From Kudoa neothunni (lineage: Eukaryota > Animalia > Cnidaria): a stretch of 64,000 nucleotides of DNA. The number at the start of each line of letters is the position of its first letter. Positions within the stretch are counted from its first letter, which is position 1. Under the pieces are notes generated by a model that saw only the letters and a list, made by a program, of their open reading frames with translations, was not told the origin of the DNA and did no database searches. Position numbers and translations under genes: made by a program. Positions 38,038-50,889 of this stretch are shown in pieces. The DNA lies in assembly GCA_964304625.1 (NCBI GenBank), contig OZ199839.1, forward strand, positions 4,715,376-4,779,375, given 5' to 3'.

Positions 38038-39455
38038 TGGATTACAGTCTATTGAAGAGTAACTTTTAGACGATAATTTAACGTTACATTAATGAATGTG
38101 GAAATAGATAGAAATGTGTTATTAAAAGAAGAAACGATTGTTAGAAGAACCAATTACCATAAAAGGAATTATTGTATTAGATAAGATTAATTTATCGGGT
38201 TACCTGATAAATATACATTATTCACTCAGAAAACATGCGAATTAATAGACACAATTTTTTATTCCAGAGATTAGTTTAAATTACAATTCACTAAAAATGA
38301 TAGAGATATAATAGGATCAATATCTCACAACTTAAACAATTAAACAAAAATATTATAAAGCTTTTTATTGTGGTGTGTGACAATTATCATACCATCAAGA
38401 TAGTTCAACAATTTACAATAAATATTAGAATAAATATTACTAACGGATATATATTCAAATATATTAATATACGAAAATTTTCATAGTTGTGATATTCAGT
38501 TACGAATTAGCTACATTTAATCATCAGTTACTCGCATTTTTTAACGATCCTTTACAATAATAATATTAAATTCATTGGATCGACTTTGATTAAAAATGAA
38601 CGCCATTTTCCTAGCACAAACAAACGCCAATATATTTGATTTACTTCGCTGTCTAATTGGCTGACTTTACTATGCACTCTGTTACTGGTCTCACAGTAAC
38701 AAGTTTTATTACTTTGTATATGAGTAATCTGATTAACGATTGATATTCATTTACTGATTGGATTATCCTCTCTAATTTGTATCAGTCTAAATGAATCGAA
38801 AATCGTTACCAAGAATTTTTGTTAAAAAGTTGAATTATTTATTCACCTTTACTGTGGAAACAAATCGGCCGATTTAAGCCGTTATTTTATGAGAACTTCG
38901 TTCCCATGAAATCAATTTTAGCCGATTGATTCGACTATCAAGATTATGACTATTGCATGATTATACCTAATTTTGTTAGTAACCGTAAAAACTGAGATAA
39001 TCAATCATTTTACAATTAGATCAATTACAACATTTTATTAAACGCTTATAAGTAATAAAACAATAATGCCCACTACCAATGAGAAATCACTGCATATCGA
39101 TGTCGTATTAGTTCGTGAAAATAGTGTAAATAATTTTGGAGGATTGAGACTGAATATCTCGCTAACGCGATAAAATATGTCATTAACTAATTTATCTTTG
39201 GAAATCATATTATTTTACATAATTTTAAGTGCTTAAAGTATGCCTATCGTCCAAGGCGATTTTTTCCAATGCATTTTGGATTACGTACCGCAAATAATCT
39301 TAACGATTAAATCAGTATTTATTTGAAAACATTCCTGTTACTAATTAACGAATAACTATGCTTTTTGTTAATTATGACAAAATATGAGGCGAGACTAAGG
39401 GGTGTTAACACCCAATTTCAATTAAAACATGCCAAAAATTGATATGATTGGATTA

Positions 39456-41260
39456 TTAACAGTCATTGTGATTTTTATCAAAAAGATCAACAACCCATTC
39501 AAAGTTATCTTCATGTAGGAGACTGTTGATTGATTTAGTAATCGATAACAGGATTTTTCGAATTGATGCTTGCGAAATGAGACGTAAACCTCTTCTATTC
39601 TTTAGCATCGTTTTGGCCATTAATACTTTATAAGTTCCAAATGGTTTAAGATGAGGCTCAACTCTCAGAGTTTCTATCGGTTTGCCGTTTTTCCAACCAC
39701 AAATTTTGTTTTTATCAAGTATTGCATTTATTGTCAGCATAAGTAGAAATGATGAGGAGTTTCCATTGACAACACCAAATTTGCTGTTGCTATGAGTTCT
39801 TAATTCAAGGCGGCCATTTTTATCTATTATAAATTGATTTTTTATTGCAACAATCGTGTTTTTCAGAAAAAATGTTGAATTCTGGATGTTTATATTGGAT
39901 ATATTGTGAATATTCTTTAAAATTGCATATATTAATGTTTAATTTCGGTAAGCAGATGATACCTTTTTGAACATAACAAATTCACCCTTGTAAATTTTTA
40001 AATCTGCACCAATCACAAACCATTCTCCTTCGTAGTGGTTATTGGTCATTTCCTCACCAACATAATTCACAATCGCTTTAATATTGTTATAAATTTTCTG
40101 GAAATGGATAGAATTCCCTAATAAATTTTTAAAATTTTAGATTCCAAACGCATACAATTCTTTTGGAACAGCACAAATACCTTTTAACATTCCAACTATG
40201 GAAAATTCACCATCAACATCTTTGCCACATCCAAAAAATTCCATTTGGATATTAACCGTCTCAATGTTTAGTTGAAAATAGATAGTGGTATTTTTATCGA
40301 CAAAGCTACCAAACCATTCCCCCAACAACTGTAAAACATTGATTTGTTGATAATTTTTAACCAAATTACAGTGTGCTTGGAGGACTTAAGAGGCGTGGAG
40401 GGATAAATAACCTTAAGACCACTGCTGTGGCTTGTTGACTCAGATATCTCTATCAATACTGTGTACAATCTATCAAAAATAACATTGCTGGCTATTAATA
40501 TTTTGTTTACCTGCAGTTGGAACAATTTTTTGTTCGCTGAAGTGTACAACAAATTCGATAATTTTGATAATTCCAATCAGACTCATATCTAAACTGCATT
40601 CGTTGATACGGTTCAAAATAGTAGATTCGCAACGGTTCACTCTCGGTATTCAACTCTTTTGCTACTCCAACTTTGTTGTACACACTATATATTATTAATT
40701 TTGTGTTTTCATTAGCAACCGTTTGCTTTACCGTTCACATAATTTGGTCAATAAATCTTCATCAATGTAATTGATCATTTTTTCCCAACACCAAAGGTAA
40801 GTGAATGTGATGCTAGTTTGGGCATTGTCATTATCCTAGAAGATTATTTATATATTTATATGCTTAAGGACATTAATTTTCATCAAGACAAACCTACTTT
40901 ATTAGAATGCCATCGTCGAATAGAAGCTTTATCAACTATGGCGTCGCTTTCAGAGCCATTTATAATTGTCGATTTGCCTTTTTATGATTATATTAAATAA
41001 TTTAAAAACAATCTACCATATAACTGAATTATTTCAGTCCAGCCATTATGTTTATTGTTGATTCTATCTAGTTTTTGGTGCTTCTAACAAGATATAAGGA
41101 TCAGATAGTAGTTAGATGGCAACGAATTTACTTTATTGGGGTTGATAAGCGTTATACTCTTGTCAGTATTTTGCCCCACATCAAAAATAATTAAAACTAA
41201 AGAGTAGATCCAGGCCAAACAAAATATCGTCTTTACAACATTGTTAAAATACAGTTTCAT
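39456..41260 (-). CDS. Uncharacterised ~470-aa protein with N-terminal signal/anchor (9 exons)
   Basis: Manual splicing over 8 short GT-AG introns gives a stop-free frame with consistent phases: MKLYFNNVVKTIFCLAWIYSLVLIIFDVGQ... RICCTLQRTKNCSNCR... GEWFGSF...GCGKDVDGEFSIVG...FQKIY...VNYVG...GEW... ending DKNHNDC*. Confidence 0.72.
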
Positions 41261-42105
41261 AGTTCAGAACTCGAGGTGTTAAATATTAGCATCTTTGAAT
41301 ACACACGATGTTGCAACCCACGTCACCATCATTAACAACACAAATGAACCAATTGGTGTCTTTTGGATTAAATTTTTAATGTCTATTATAATGATTAAAA
41401 ATATCTCGATTTATTCCATAACTTGCTTTCACGAATATCTATCTGCCAATGAGAAACGACAAAACCTTTAAAAGTGTATTTTTTATCAAAAAACAGTTTT
41501 TTGTAATGACAAATATGAAACTGGTGTGAGGGTATCCATATTTTAGGGTCGAATCATCTAATCAATTAATGTTTAAATTAAATAATAAATTTATTTTTCC
41601 CAAAAACACATTCTTGAAAGAAAGGAACACGATAATGCTTGTAAATATTACGCGAAACTTCCAGCATCGAATTATATTGGAACAAACTTGAGTGTTTCGT
41701 ATTTTTCTCAAAATTTCACGGTAAAACTCTTCAAAAATTATCTATGAAATTTTAGTAGACTTAGGGTAAATTTTAAAATTAAAACTAGAATTTTTTAGTG
41801 CGCTCAAGAAATGTAATTTGAATTAAGATTTTCCTACTCTTTAGGAGGTAAAAAACAGATCGCTAATGGCCCCCTACAAAAAAGGTAGAAGCTTACTCAA
41901 TATGAGCCTAATGGATGCAATATTGCAGAGAGAACAGAAAATTTTATAGTTAATTTATTCAGATGCAAGAAACACTATCTTACGTACATCAACCAAGTTA
42001 AATGCTAAAAAGTCTATCTACTTACTCTTTGAACCACCAATTTTCGGTAAATAGTTCAATATTTTCTATACAGGTTTATTTAGAAATACTTCAAATAACA
42101 AAATA

Positions 42106-45100
42106 CTACCCCAGAAGAGAATTCTTCCTGAATAGAAAAGGCGAATCCCACTACAAGTACAGGTAAACAAAATTATTAATGGAGAAAATACAATATTTTT
42201 TGACTATTTTCTCCTTTCTGGTTTCGGCAAAATGTAATTTTTCGGAGGCTTTGGACAGATATCTTTTTTCATCCCAGTCCACGGTTCGACCACGTTCCAA
42301 TTCTGCAATTGCGATATGAGCAGGTTTAAATAACGCGTTTCTTATTGCTATGTACAAAAAATCTGGAATGACAGTGATAAAAGAGATAGGAATGGTGAGA
42401 TAGAACAGCGCCGAGGAGTACAATATAGCATCTGCTCCAGACATAATAGGCTCGAAAACCGCTGCCACTGCAGGACGACAGTAAACCGACAAGAAGCCGA
42501 CCCACATAATTAAACCAGACGCCACACCCAGCAAGGTCATCCACGTCCAAGACGTCAATTCCAAAGCGGCTCGTAAAGTTATCACCACCAGCACATTTGT
42601 AAACAAAATAATTCCATACAATGATCTAGTGATTGGTAGGCCAGAAGGGTTGAAAACACCCATCGAAAAGGAATTATAAAGCAGAAAAAATAGTGATGCA
42701 GCGTGAAGATAACCGGCCAAAATCCAAAAGATCAGTTTTCTCATTGTAAAAATATATCCTTTTTGACTGGTGGCATATAGACGTGGTATATTTACAAAAG
42801 CTTTCGACGATACAGGCTGGTCTAGCAGGCCAAATGCAAAAGGTGGAAGTGACGTGAAACACTAAAAAAACATAAACGTATATTGGATTCAATTGGTGAA
42901 AGACGTGGGTTGGTTGATGTAAGAAATACGAAATACCGTGTTAAAAAGGATAGAAGCAGCAGGTGAGAAGAGCAATGTAGCAGAAAACTTATCGTAAAAA
43001 CTATAGAACAACTAAAAATTAATCATGATTCTCAACTGCAACCGACAACTGTAATTTTTTATAAAAATATACGGAAATTTGACTAAAAACGATGTTTTTA
43101 TAGTAGCAAAAATAAATTGTTGTGCATAGACGACGATAACTCAAAGCACCGTGATACAACATCAAACGTCTAAGATGGGAGAATTGAGTGATGACAAAAT
43201 CAGAACAGTTTGCCGCTTGCATTCCTTCGTTTCCACTAATACCAACCCCCACATTGGCTGCTTGTATCATACTGCAATCATTTCCACCGTCGCCGATCGC
43301 AAGTGTGACAATATTGTTAACATTTCTTTTGATCATGAGAACAACTTGTTGTTTTTGTAGTGGAGATACACTATTGGTAGGTGGTTATGATAGAAAAAAT
43401 TGGCTGGGAAATAGTAACTTACCGGCAACATATGACAGCTGAACAACTGACAGAAACATCAATAAACAACTCAACACATGATGGCTCAAACAGAAGACTT
43501 AGGGTCTAAATGTGCGATGCAAAACACTAATTAATAATTGTATAGATATTCCCTAAATACCGATCCAGGTATAACCAATGCAAAGTCCTACATGTAGACA
43601 TTCAACTGTGGCACAAAAACGACGGAAAAAGTTTACTAATGATTTTGTTGGATTGATTCGCTTGCCGTTAGTAGCCTTCCTTACATTGATAATTTTTTCT
43701 TCAATGATATCTTCAAGGGCGCGTTTACATTCTGACACGGAGTTACAGTTTAAAACTTTGACATCGGTCGTATCCTTAAGTAAGTTTGTAGAATATCCTA
43801 TTTTGTTGTAATTTTGATATTGAGGAAGGAGGTAAAATTGAAAACAAACCTATATTTATTGCGGTTTCAGTACGATCCCCAGTTAACATCCATATTCGAA
43901 TATTGGCATCACTCAGGGTGTGAATGGTTGCCGGAACATCGTTTTGTAACTCATCGAGAATGGCTGTTGCACCCATAAGTTTCAAATCTTTTTCAATTAG
44001 ATCATAAACTGTTGATAATTGTTCCGCGCGATCCTCCATTAGTGTCGATGCAATGAAATGACGCTTAGACCAGTCTTCGTATTCAAGTTCATCAATCATT
44101 CTATATGCAATACACAGTGTACGTAATCCTAGATAAAACAGCGTTATTAGACTATCTCTGGTAGCTGGCGGCTAATGGTACCAATTTTTGCAAAATCTTC
44201 CAAGTGACTATAGGTAAGACCTTCACAGGTCTGAAAATTTTTGTCCAACAAATTAAAAATAACAGAGTCCTAAGAAATTTAAAAAAAAGAAACCATTCAT
44301 GAGAAAATAATCCAATTTACTGCGCCTTTGCAAAGCAGATATATTTTCCCTTTGGGACTTTTCACAATGACAGACATTCTTTTACGTTCACTGGTAAACT
44401 CAAGACTATTTAATGTAGCCCAAGTTTCTTCGACACCAAACTAAATCAATTTCAATTGTTTCACACAACAGAAAAGATTATCCATCTGGAGAATTGAGGC
44501 ATACTCTAGAAAATGTCACCGAATCTTGAGTTCTCGAAATAAACTCATAGCCACAAGCGTAGGCTCCCATAACCAAGGAGGTTTCGTCAGGCGAAGTGGA
44601 TTGTAGGTTGAGTTTAGGTACAGAGTCATCATAAACACCGTCACAGCTTGTTTTAGATGATTTGCAGAAATCAGCTTTAACTGGAACCACCGTATTGCAA
44701 AGTACAAGATGTTCAAAAAATAGTTTCACTTCTTCAACCTGGTTATTATCGAAATCCTTAATATTCACACACAAAACCCAACAAATAGTCACATCTGCAT
44801 CTCTTTTTAACTCGTCAATACCACAATTATCCATGTCATATATTTTTCCGTTGATTGATAGCGAATTAAGTTTCATTACATTTTTTGTTAGAGTCCCAGT
44901 TTTATCCGAGAATATATAATTTATCTAATCGATTCCAACTTAGCTAGGCATTTATTATTGATATGTATACTTGACCAAGATCTTCAATAATTGATGAAGT
45001 TTTCACCGAAGCATATGTATTCTTTTGTCGGTCATACATTTTTTTATCCTAAACATCATCTATCAAGCACAAAACCAAACTACATCCAATTACGCAGTTG

Positions 45101-47034
45101 ATAAAATAGGCTTGAAAAAATTTAACAAACTCTATAGTGACACTGAGACTGATGGGAATTATCAGGTGGAATGCAATCAGATAGGTCAAAAATGACCAAT
45201 AAAAGGTGTAATTGGAGACATCTGTTAACAACGCTAATACAGCTGAACTATAAATACAACCGGCTTACTTGAATAGAATAGATACCAATGGTTTTTAGAT
45301 TGTATGTTAAATACAAAATAATGGGACACCGTGGTTATTAATGTGAGCGACAGTAAAATACTAATCAAAACAAGCATATAATAGTTAGTCATCACTTCCA
45401 TTTTGGATTTTTTGATAGGGGCAACAGAGGAATTCATCATGAGTTTGGTTTCACTACCAGAGTACACAATGCATCCAATAATCCATTCAGTATTTTTTAA
45501 AACACAACCGCGGAACGCAGTATTATCACCATTCAGTGGCATTTCACTAAAGATTCACCTCAGTTTTGTACATTCGAGAAATAACAAGCTACCGGTTAGA
45601 CCCAACCCTTATTTTTCCATTAAAAGAATACAGCTTGTTGTTAGGTAAATCACAACTGATTGTGGCTCGAAGTGATTTTAATTTTTCACAGCTGTTCATT
45701 TCCGAGGTTGATTGAACAGCCTATTTTCTTCGTAAAATCTATTCCAATTTCAGATGAATAACCTGTCGAATTTTGTAATTGGCTTCGCCATCCAAGTTAG
45801 CAGTTTCAATGTAACATATTCCTTGACTTTCACTATAAAAAAATATTATCATTAAATGTAGTTTTGTTACAAATATTTGGATTAGTATATTTTCAACAAT
45901 AAAACTTAATTGAGATTTAGATAAAGAGATTATGCTTCGAATACGTATTTTATTAAGGCAATGAAGACGTAAAACTTAGTTCAAACAAATTATTGTTGGC
46001 AGAGACATCAATAATAATTATAAAGAGTTTGTTAAATATAGAGAATAGTCAATACAAATAAATAACTTTAAAAATCTTGTTAGATTAATCTGCTTGCATA
46101 ATAAGTAAATAACACATTTTAATCGAAATATTATTCCCCCCAGTTACCACGGAGTAGAAACTTTTTATGTAAACACAAAAACCTCCCTGAAGCAACGGAA
46201 ATAATACCCATTTCTTAATATCGCTTAAGACCAATCTAAAGCTTGTTAAAATACAGGAATATATTAAAATTTAATTTATGAATATGTAAAGAAACTCTAG
46301 GGTGAATTAAATTACCTAGTAGAAATGAGGACAAGATCTGCAGGAACCATTTCTTCATTCTTCACCATAACGATATCTCCAACATGTAGTTGTTGGCAAT
46401 TGACCGATGTCCATGTATCCCTTAGAACTTAAAAAAAGATGTAAGTTCATCCCCTAAAAATTCAGTTACCAAGGCATTTAGTTGTATTGGTTTTTCGATC
46501 GAATCTTCTTCGTTTCTAGGCAAATTAAAAAAAAATTGCTGCAAAAGAAAATACCACATCTTCAATGATTTCTTTACAAGCCGATACAGAAAATACAAAA
46601 AGTAAAGGTGCAATTGTGCTGTAGCGACCAACTGGTGAAATTCCAGGAATTTGCTAAAGAACAGTAAAATTTATTATTGATTAAGGATAAAAAAGGTTTG
46701 AATTACTTGGATAAGCGCCAACGTCAGGAAGAACACGTTGGAAACTTTGGTGAACTGTTCAAAGAGAAATTTTGGTAAAAATGTAAAAAAGTTATATTTC
46801 GTTGTGCTATTTTGATTGAAAAAAGATTATTATTGTGCGTGTAATCAAGCGAAACATTTACCTTATACCATTGGAGCAAAATTTTGATTTATCGGTATCA
46901 TTTACTATTATTTGTCTGAATTGCTCATTTGTGCTGGGAACTCCATGAATAATATTGCTCGCTTGTCTCAAATGGCGTATGACGACAGATGAAATTGTCC
47001 TTTGATTTTTTACGTTTCCTGGATTATCACTCAT
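42106..47034 (-). CDS. ATP8A: P4-ATPase phospholipid flippase, ATP8A/Drs2-like, copy 2 (multi-exon)
   Basis: Spliced: [20 protein letters not shown]|[45 protein letters not shown] and GFAFSIQEE. Many intron positions match copy 1. The exact start and stop are uncertain by one small exon. Confidence 0.92.
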
Positions 47035-48442
47035 TGTACTCTTCCGCAACTCATCCGCTAATGAAAAATATCACTCCTGGGACACACTTTAATCTTTAAG
47101 AATGAATGATTCAAAGTCACAGAGCAGTCAAATTGAAACAATACTTTATGTAGCACGATTAACAGTTTAATAATTCACTCGGATCAAAAAGTGCTAATAA
47201 TAAATCGATCAATCGGGTTACAATCGGAAATAGGATTAATTTGATGATCCATATGACGACCATATTCAAACGTAGCGCGTCGGCCTTTTATTTATATTTG
47301 AATGAGAATCATCTTAATTTTTGTTTATTTAGATTTCCAATGAAACTTTCCATTTAAATGTTACTTCTACGTATCATTCACAAGACATGAAACAACTTAT
47401 GTTGATCCGAACAAATTTTGACCCCTTACTTCATTTTTTACAAATACGACTATTACTTCTTATTTACACAATGGTAGCATCATTATAACGAGTTAATCGC
47501 TAACAACGAATAGCACATAATCCCATAAGTTTGCACACTTATTCAATTGAATCAAAAATAAGATTAAGGATAAGAAGAATTCCAAGCTATTAATCAAACG
47601 TTTTGTTTAGTTTCGGACACAAAATTATAAATATATGATGAGAAATATTTAAGCCAAACATGATTGTGCCACTTTCATAAGGATCTACGCCATACCAAAA
47701 ATTGTACTCCCCTTAACCAATTATGGCAACGCCTCTATATTGCGTAAGTTACGAGATCAATAGAAGATTACGCTGTATTAAGTATAAATGTGAACGCTAT
47801 AGTCCAGAATTTTGCCTAGAGTATCACGCGATTTTATTATATTATTCTTAATATCTAGAATTGCATCTATGGCAGGGCATAAGGAAGAGTGTTTACAGAT
47901 TTACTTTATTGGTTTCCTTTTTACGTGCAAGTGATAGATTCTTTTAGAAACTAGCGCGAAATTCCATCCGTGCTTTGTTTGATCATGGGTTATGGGATTT
48001 TTAATTCGTTAGTTTTTATTTAAATGATTAAATCTCAAGCTAAAATATATTTAAAGTATAAGAAACCCCGTTAAATTTTATTTTTCCTAATTCCTTGATG
48101 CATTTTCAAGTTTGTTATTGTTTTTTCCACATTAGTCAATTGTATTTATCCAAACATGCTTAAATTTTGTATCAAACTACGAAAATTATAAAGAAAAATA
48201 ATCAGTATTTTTAAGTTTATTTTATCAACTATTGAAATACATAACGACTTTTTATGAATAACCTAAATAACGATGACAACAAATAAATTTAATAAAACCA
48301 TTAAGTAAACTAAAGTATTTTATCATTTTGTAATTTTGAGAAGTTTTCCAAATTAATTCAAATTTTACAGCTATAAAATTGAAGTTAAGACTATAAATTA
48401 TAAGCCAAGAAATATATAAAAATGAAGATGATGCCTTATAAC

Positions 48443-48914
48443 TAGGGCATGTAATTTTCGACATCTATTTTTTCCCAAATCGACGGTTTTTATCGACCGA
48501 GATAAAAAAAAATTTAATTCGACTTTTATCAACATTTATTTTAGAACAAAATTATAATTTACAAAAAAATGGATTGTAGAATTTTAATTTTAGTTATAAT
48601 GGACCATTAAAATCGAGTATTTAGAGCATTGTTGGGCGCCCATCACAAAGATTGACCTTTCTTTTCCAAATATATTTCACAATCTTGAGAAACTCCTTCA
48701 GCATCACTGGAGGAAACTGGTAGAATCAATGTATCTTCAAAATCAATAAGGAGGACAAGCATTCCACATCTTATTTTAGGAACCAATATTTAAGGGTCGA
48801 GTTGAATCTTTTATCATTTTACATAACCAGGACATGCAATTTTCGACGCTTTTGAGCATAAAGGAGATTATACATAGATCTACGCAAACATCTCTATGAC
48901 GTAAAAAACACAAA
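48443..48914 (-). mobile_element. hAT transposon 3' remnant
   Basis: TAGGGCATG-type terminus at 48443. The minus strand encodes a frameshifted hAT dimerisation motif LILPVSSSDAE/RSFSRL at about 48680-48735. Confidence 0.5.
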
Positions 48915-48918
48915 TCAA

Positions 48919-49731
48919 CTCTTAATAGGTGACCTTGGGCTCCACGAGCCCCCCTGAGAAGTAAATTGAACATAATTCATTAAACAAAATTTTTAGCGTT
49001 TTTCCCCACGTAAATTGTTAAAATTTTGTTTTACATCTAGTTATAAATTTTCAATGAATTCGAAATTTTTTACTTTAAGCCGATGTGCATCTAAAAAGGA
49101 TTATGACAATAGCAATGTGCGTTATTTTATTTTAAAGTTAATCTCACAATTGCGCACATAAGTGTATCAATATCAGGTTCGAATTTCCCAAATCAATTAT
49201 CTACTGACAAATTATCGATATGGCTGCTTTTAATTCATTTATTGTCTTTTCAAAGAATTTCGGAATATTTGAAAGATAACCCTAATTGCCGATAACAATT
49301 TTTAATGGACTTATCCTCTTCGTTGATTGTAAGACACCAGAAGAGAAGAGCTGACGACCAAAAAAATTGGATGTTAACCCTCCCTCAAGCGTTCTCTTGG
49401 AGCATTAGGACTTGAATTCAATGAGAATAACATGCCAATTACGGAAAATAGCAATATAAATGCCCGGAAACGATCTAGTTTATGTCCTACATGCATCATA
49501 AGACGGATCAAACAATTATGCGATGGGTGTAACTACATTATATGTAACGATCATTCAATAAAAACAATTACCTGTTTGAGTTTTCCTAACAATAAATTAT
49601 TTATTGTATATCACGCATTTTTTATCGAGCAATAACGTCTTAAGTATGCAAATACAGCTTAAAATATAATCCAATAAAGGATAGAAATTAATCCGGGTGG
49701 GCTCGTCGAACCCAAGGTCACCTGTTAAGGA
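48919..49731 (+). mobile_element. piggyBac internal-deletion derivative (813 bp)
   Basis: ~33-bp inverted ends (CTCTTAATAGGTGACCTTGGGCTCCACGAGCCC versus TCCTTAACAGGTGACCTTGGGTTCGACGAGCCC) flanked by TCAA/TTAA. It retains only the transposase C-terminus (IIDMAAFNSFIVF; CPTC...CDGC...CNDH). Confidence 0.8.
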
Positions 49732-49778
49732 TTAATGTTGTTAGAATTATATTACAGTAATGCAGGGATATTGCTTAG

Positions 49779-50470
49779 CAGGGGTACTACGCACTTTATG
49801 GTATTATGGCAATATTTCCTAATAAAAATACCCAATTTTGTTATGTATTATAATAAACATTTAAAAATATTTGACCGAGCAAAATTATTATTAAAAATAT
49901 AGTCTAGAGTCAGAGAAAATTTGGCTGCATGCTTACTGCGCATTTCATGGATAATGCACACTAAAAATCCCCCAATTAAATCCAACATGGTTAGTACGCA
50001 GTTAAGAAATCTTGGAAAGTATCAATATTTAGATGATTAAGTTAAAATAATAAAATATTATGATAGAATTAAAAAAGAACAGTATTCTGAAAGATTGTGA
50101 CACTGGGCGCCTAGAACACAGCAGGGAAACCTTAAGAAAAGATAATTTCAACCTTTTAGATTCTTGGGTTAATGAATGGATGAAGCTAATGGGATCACGT
50201 AATATCGAATTTTCTCAGGACGATATAATTAAAAAAACCTACGATTATTCATATGAAATTAAAAACAATTTCTATAGTTGATGGAGGTTGGTTTCAAGGA
50301 TTTTCTTCAAGAGTTGCACTAAAAATAGCAAATCATAGATGAATCCAAAAGTGTTGTTCTTGGAAGTTTCTTCTTGGAGCGATCAACAGTTAAAGTTGAT
50401 CGAAAATTATGATCAAAAAGATATTTTTGATTTGGATGAAACTGGACTATTTTACCAGAAAAGGAAAGGT
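49779..50470 (+). mobile_element. Tigger/pogo 5' remnant
   Basis: RETLRKDNFNLLDSWVNEWMKLM resembles the HTH region of the 26610-28380 element. DIFDLDETGLFY lies at about 50420. Boundaries are approximate. Confidence 0.6.
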
Positions 50471-50889
50471 AAAATATCATTTAAATTTACATCTCAATGT
50501 GAAATTTAATGTATGGTTAAGCATTCGTGATTTTTTGTATTAAAAATTTCTTGCCGATGTTTCGTTAAACTAAAGATCAACAAAGAAAAATGTCTATATT
50601 TTTTTATTAAGCACAATTATTTACAATTTTTTAATAAAACTAACGTATGTATATCACAATATCTAATTTAAATATAAAATTTCGTAGTGAAATTAGATTT
50701 GAAATTGCAATTTTTGTTAAATTAAATAATCAAAGTTTTGCTTTTTTTATGTTTGTTAACAATTTTAAATCTGTGCAACCCCCATAAAAACAAAATATAA
50801 TATTAAAATTTGGAAAGTTACCTATGATTTTCGCATTACAGCAAATAAAAACAAATATATGCATAAAAATTAATGTAAATTTTATTTCT

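Noticed and set aside
36971-46145. Shared CCCCAGTTA in the equivalent long intron of both flippase paralogs
   Set aside because: A single 9-mer match between AT-rich introns of a few hundred bases is compatible with chance.
47330-47960. Exon-like + strand fragments (e.g. EEFQAINQTFCLV...LWQRLYIA|gtaagt)
   Set aside because: In-frame stops, no recognisable family and no consistent gene model.
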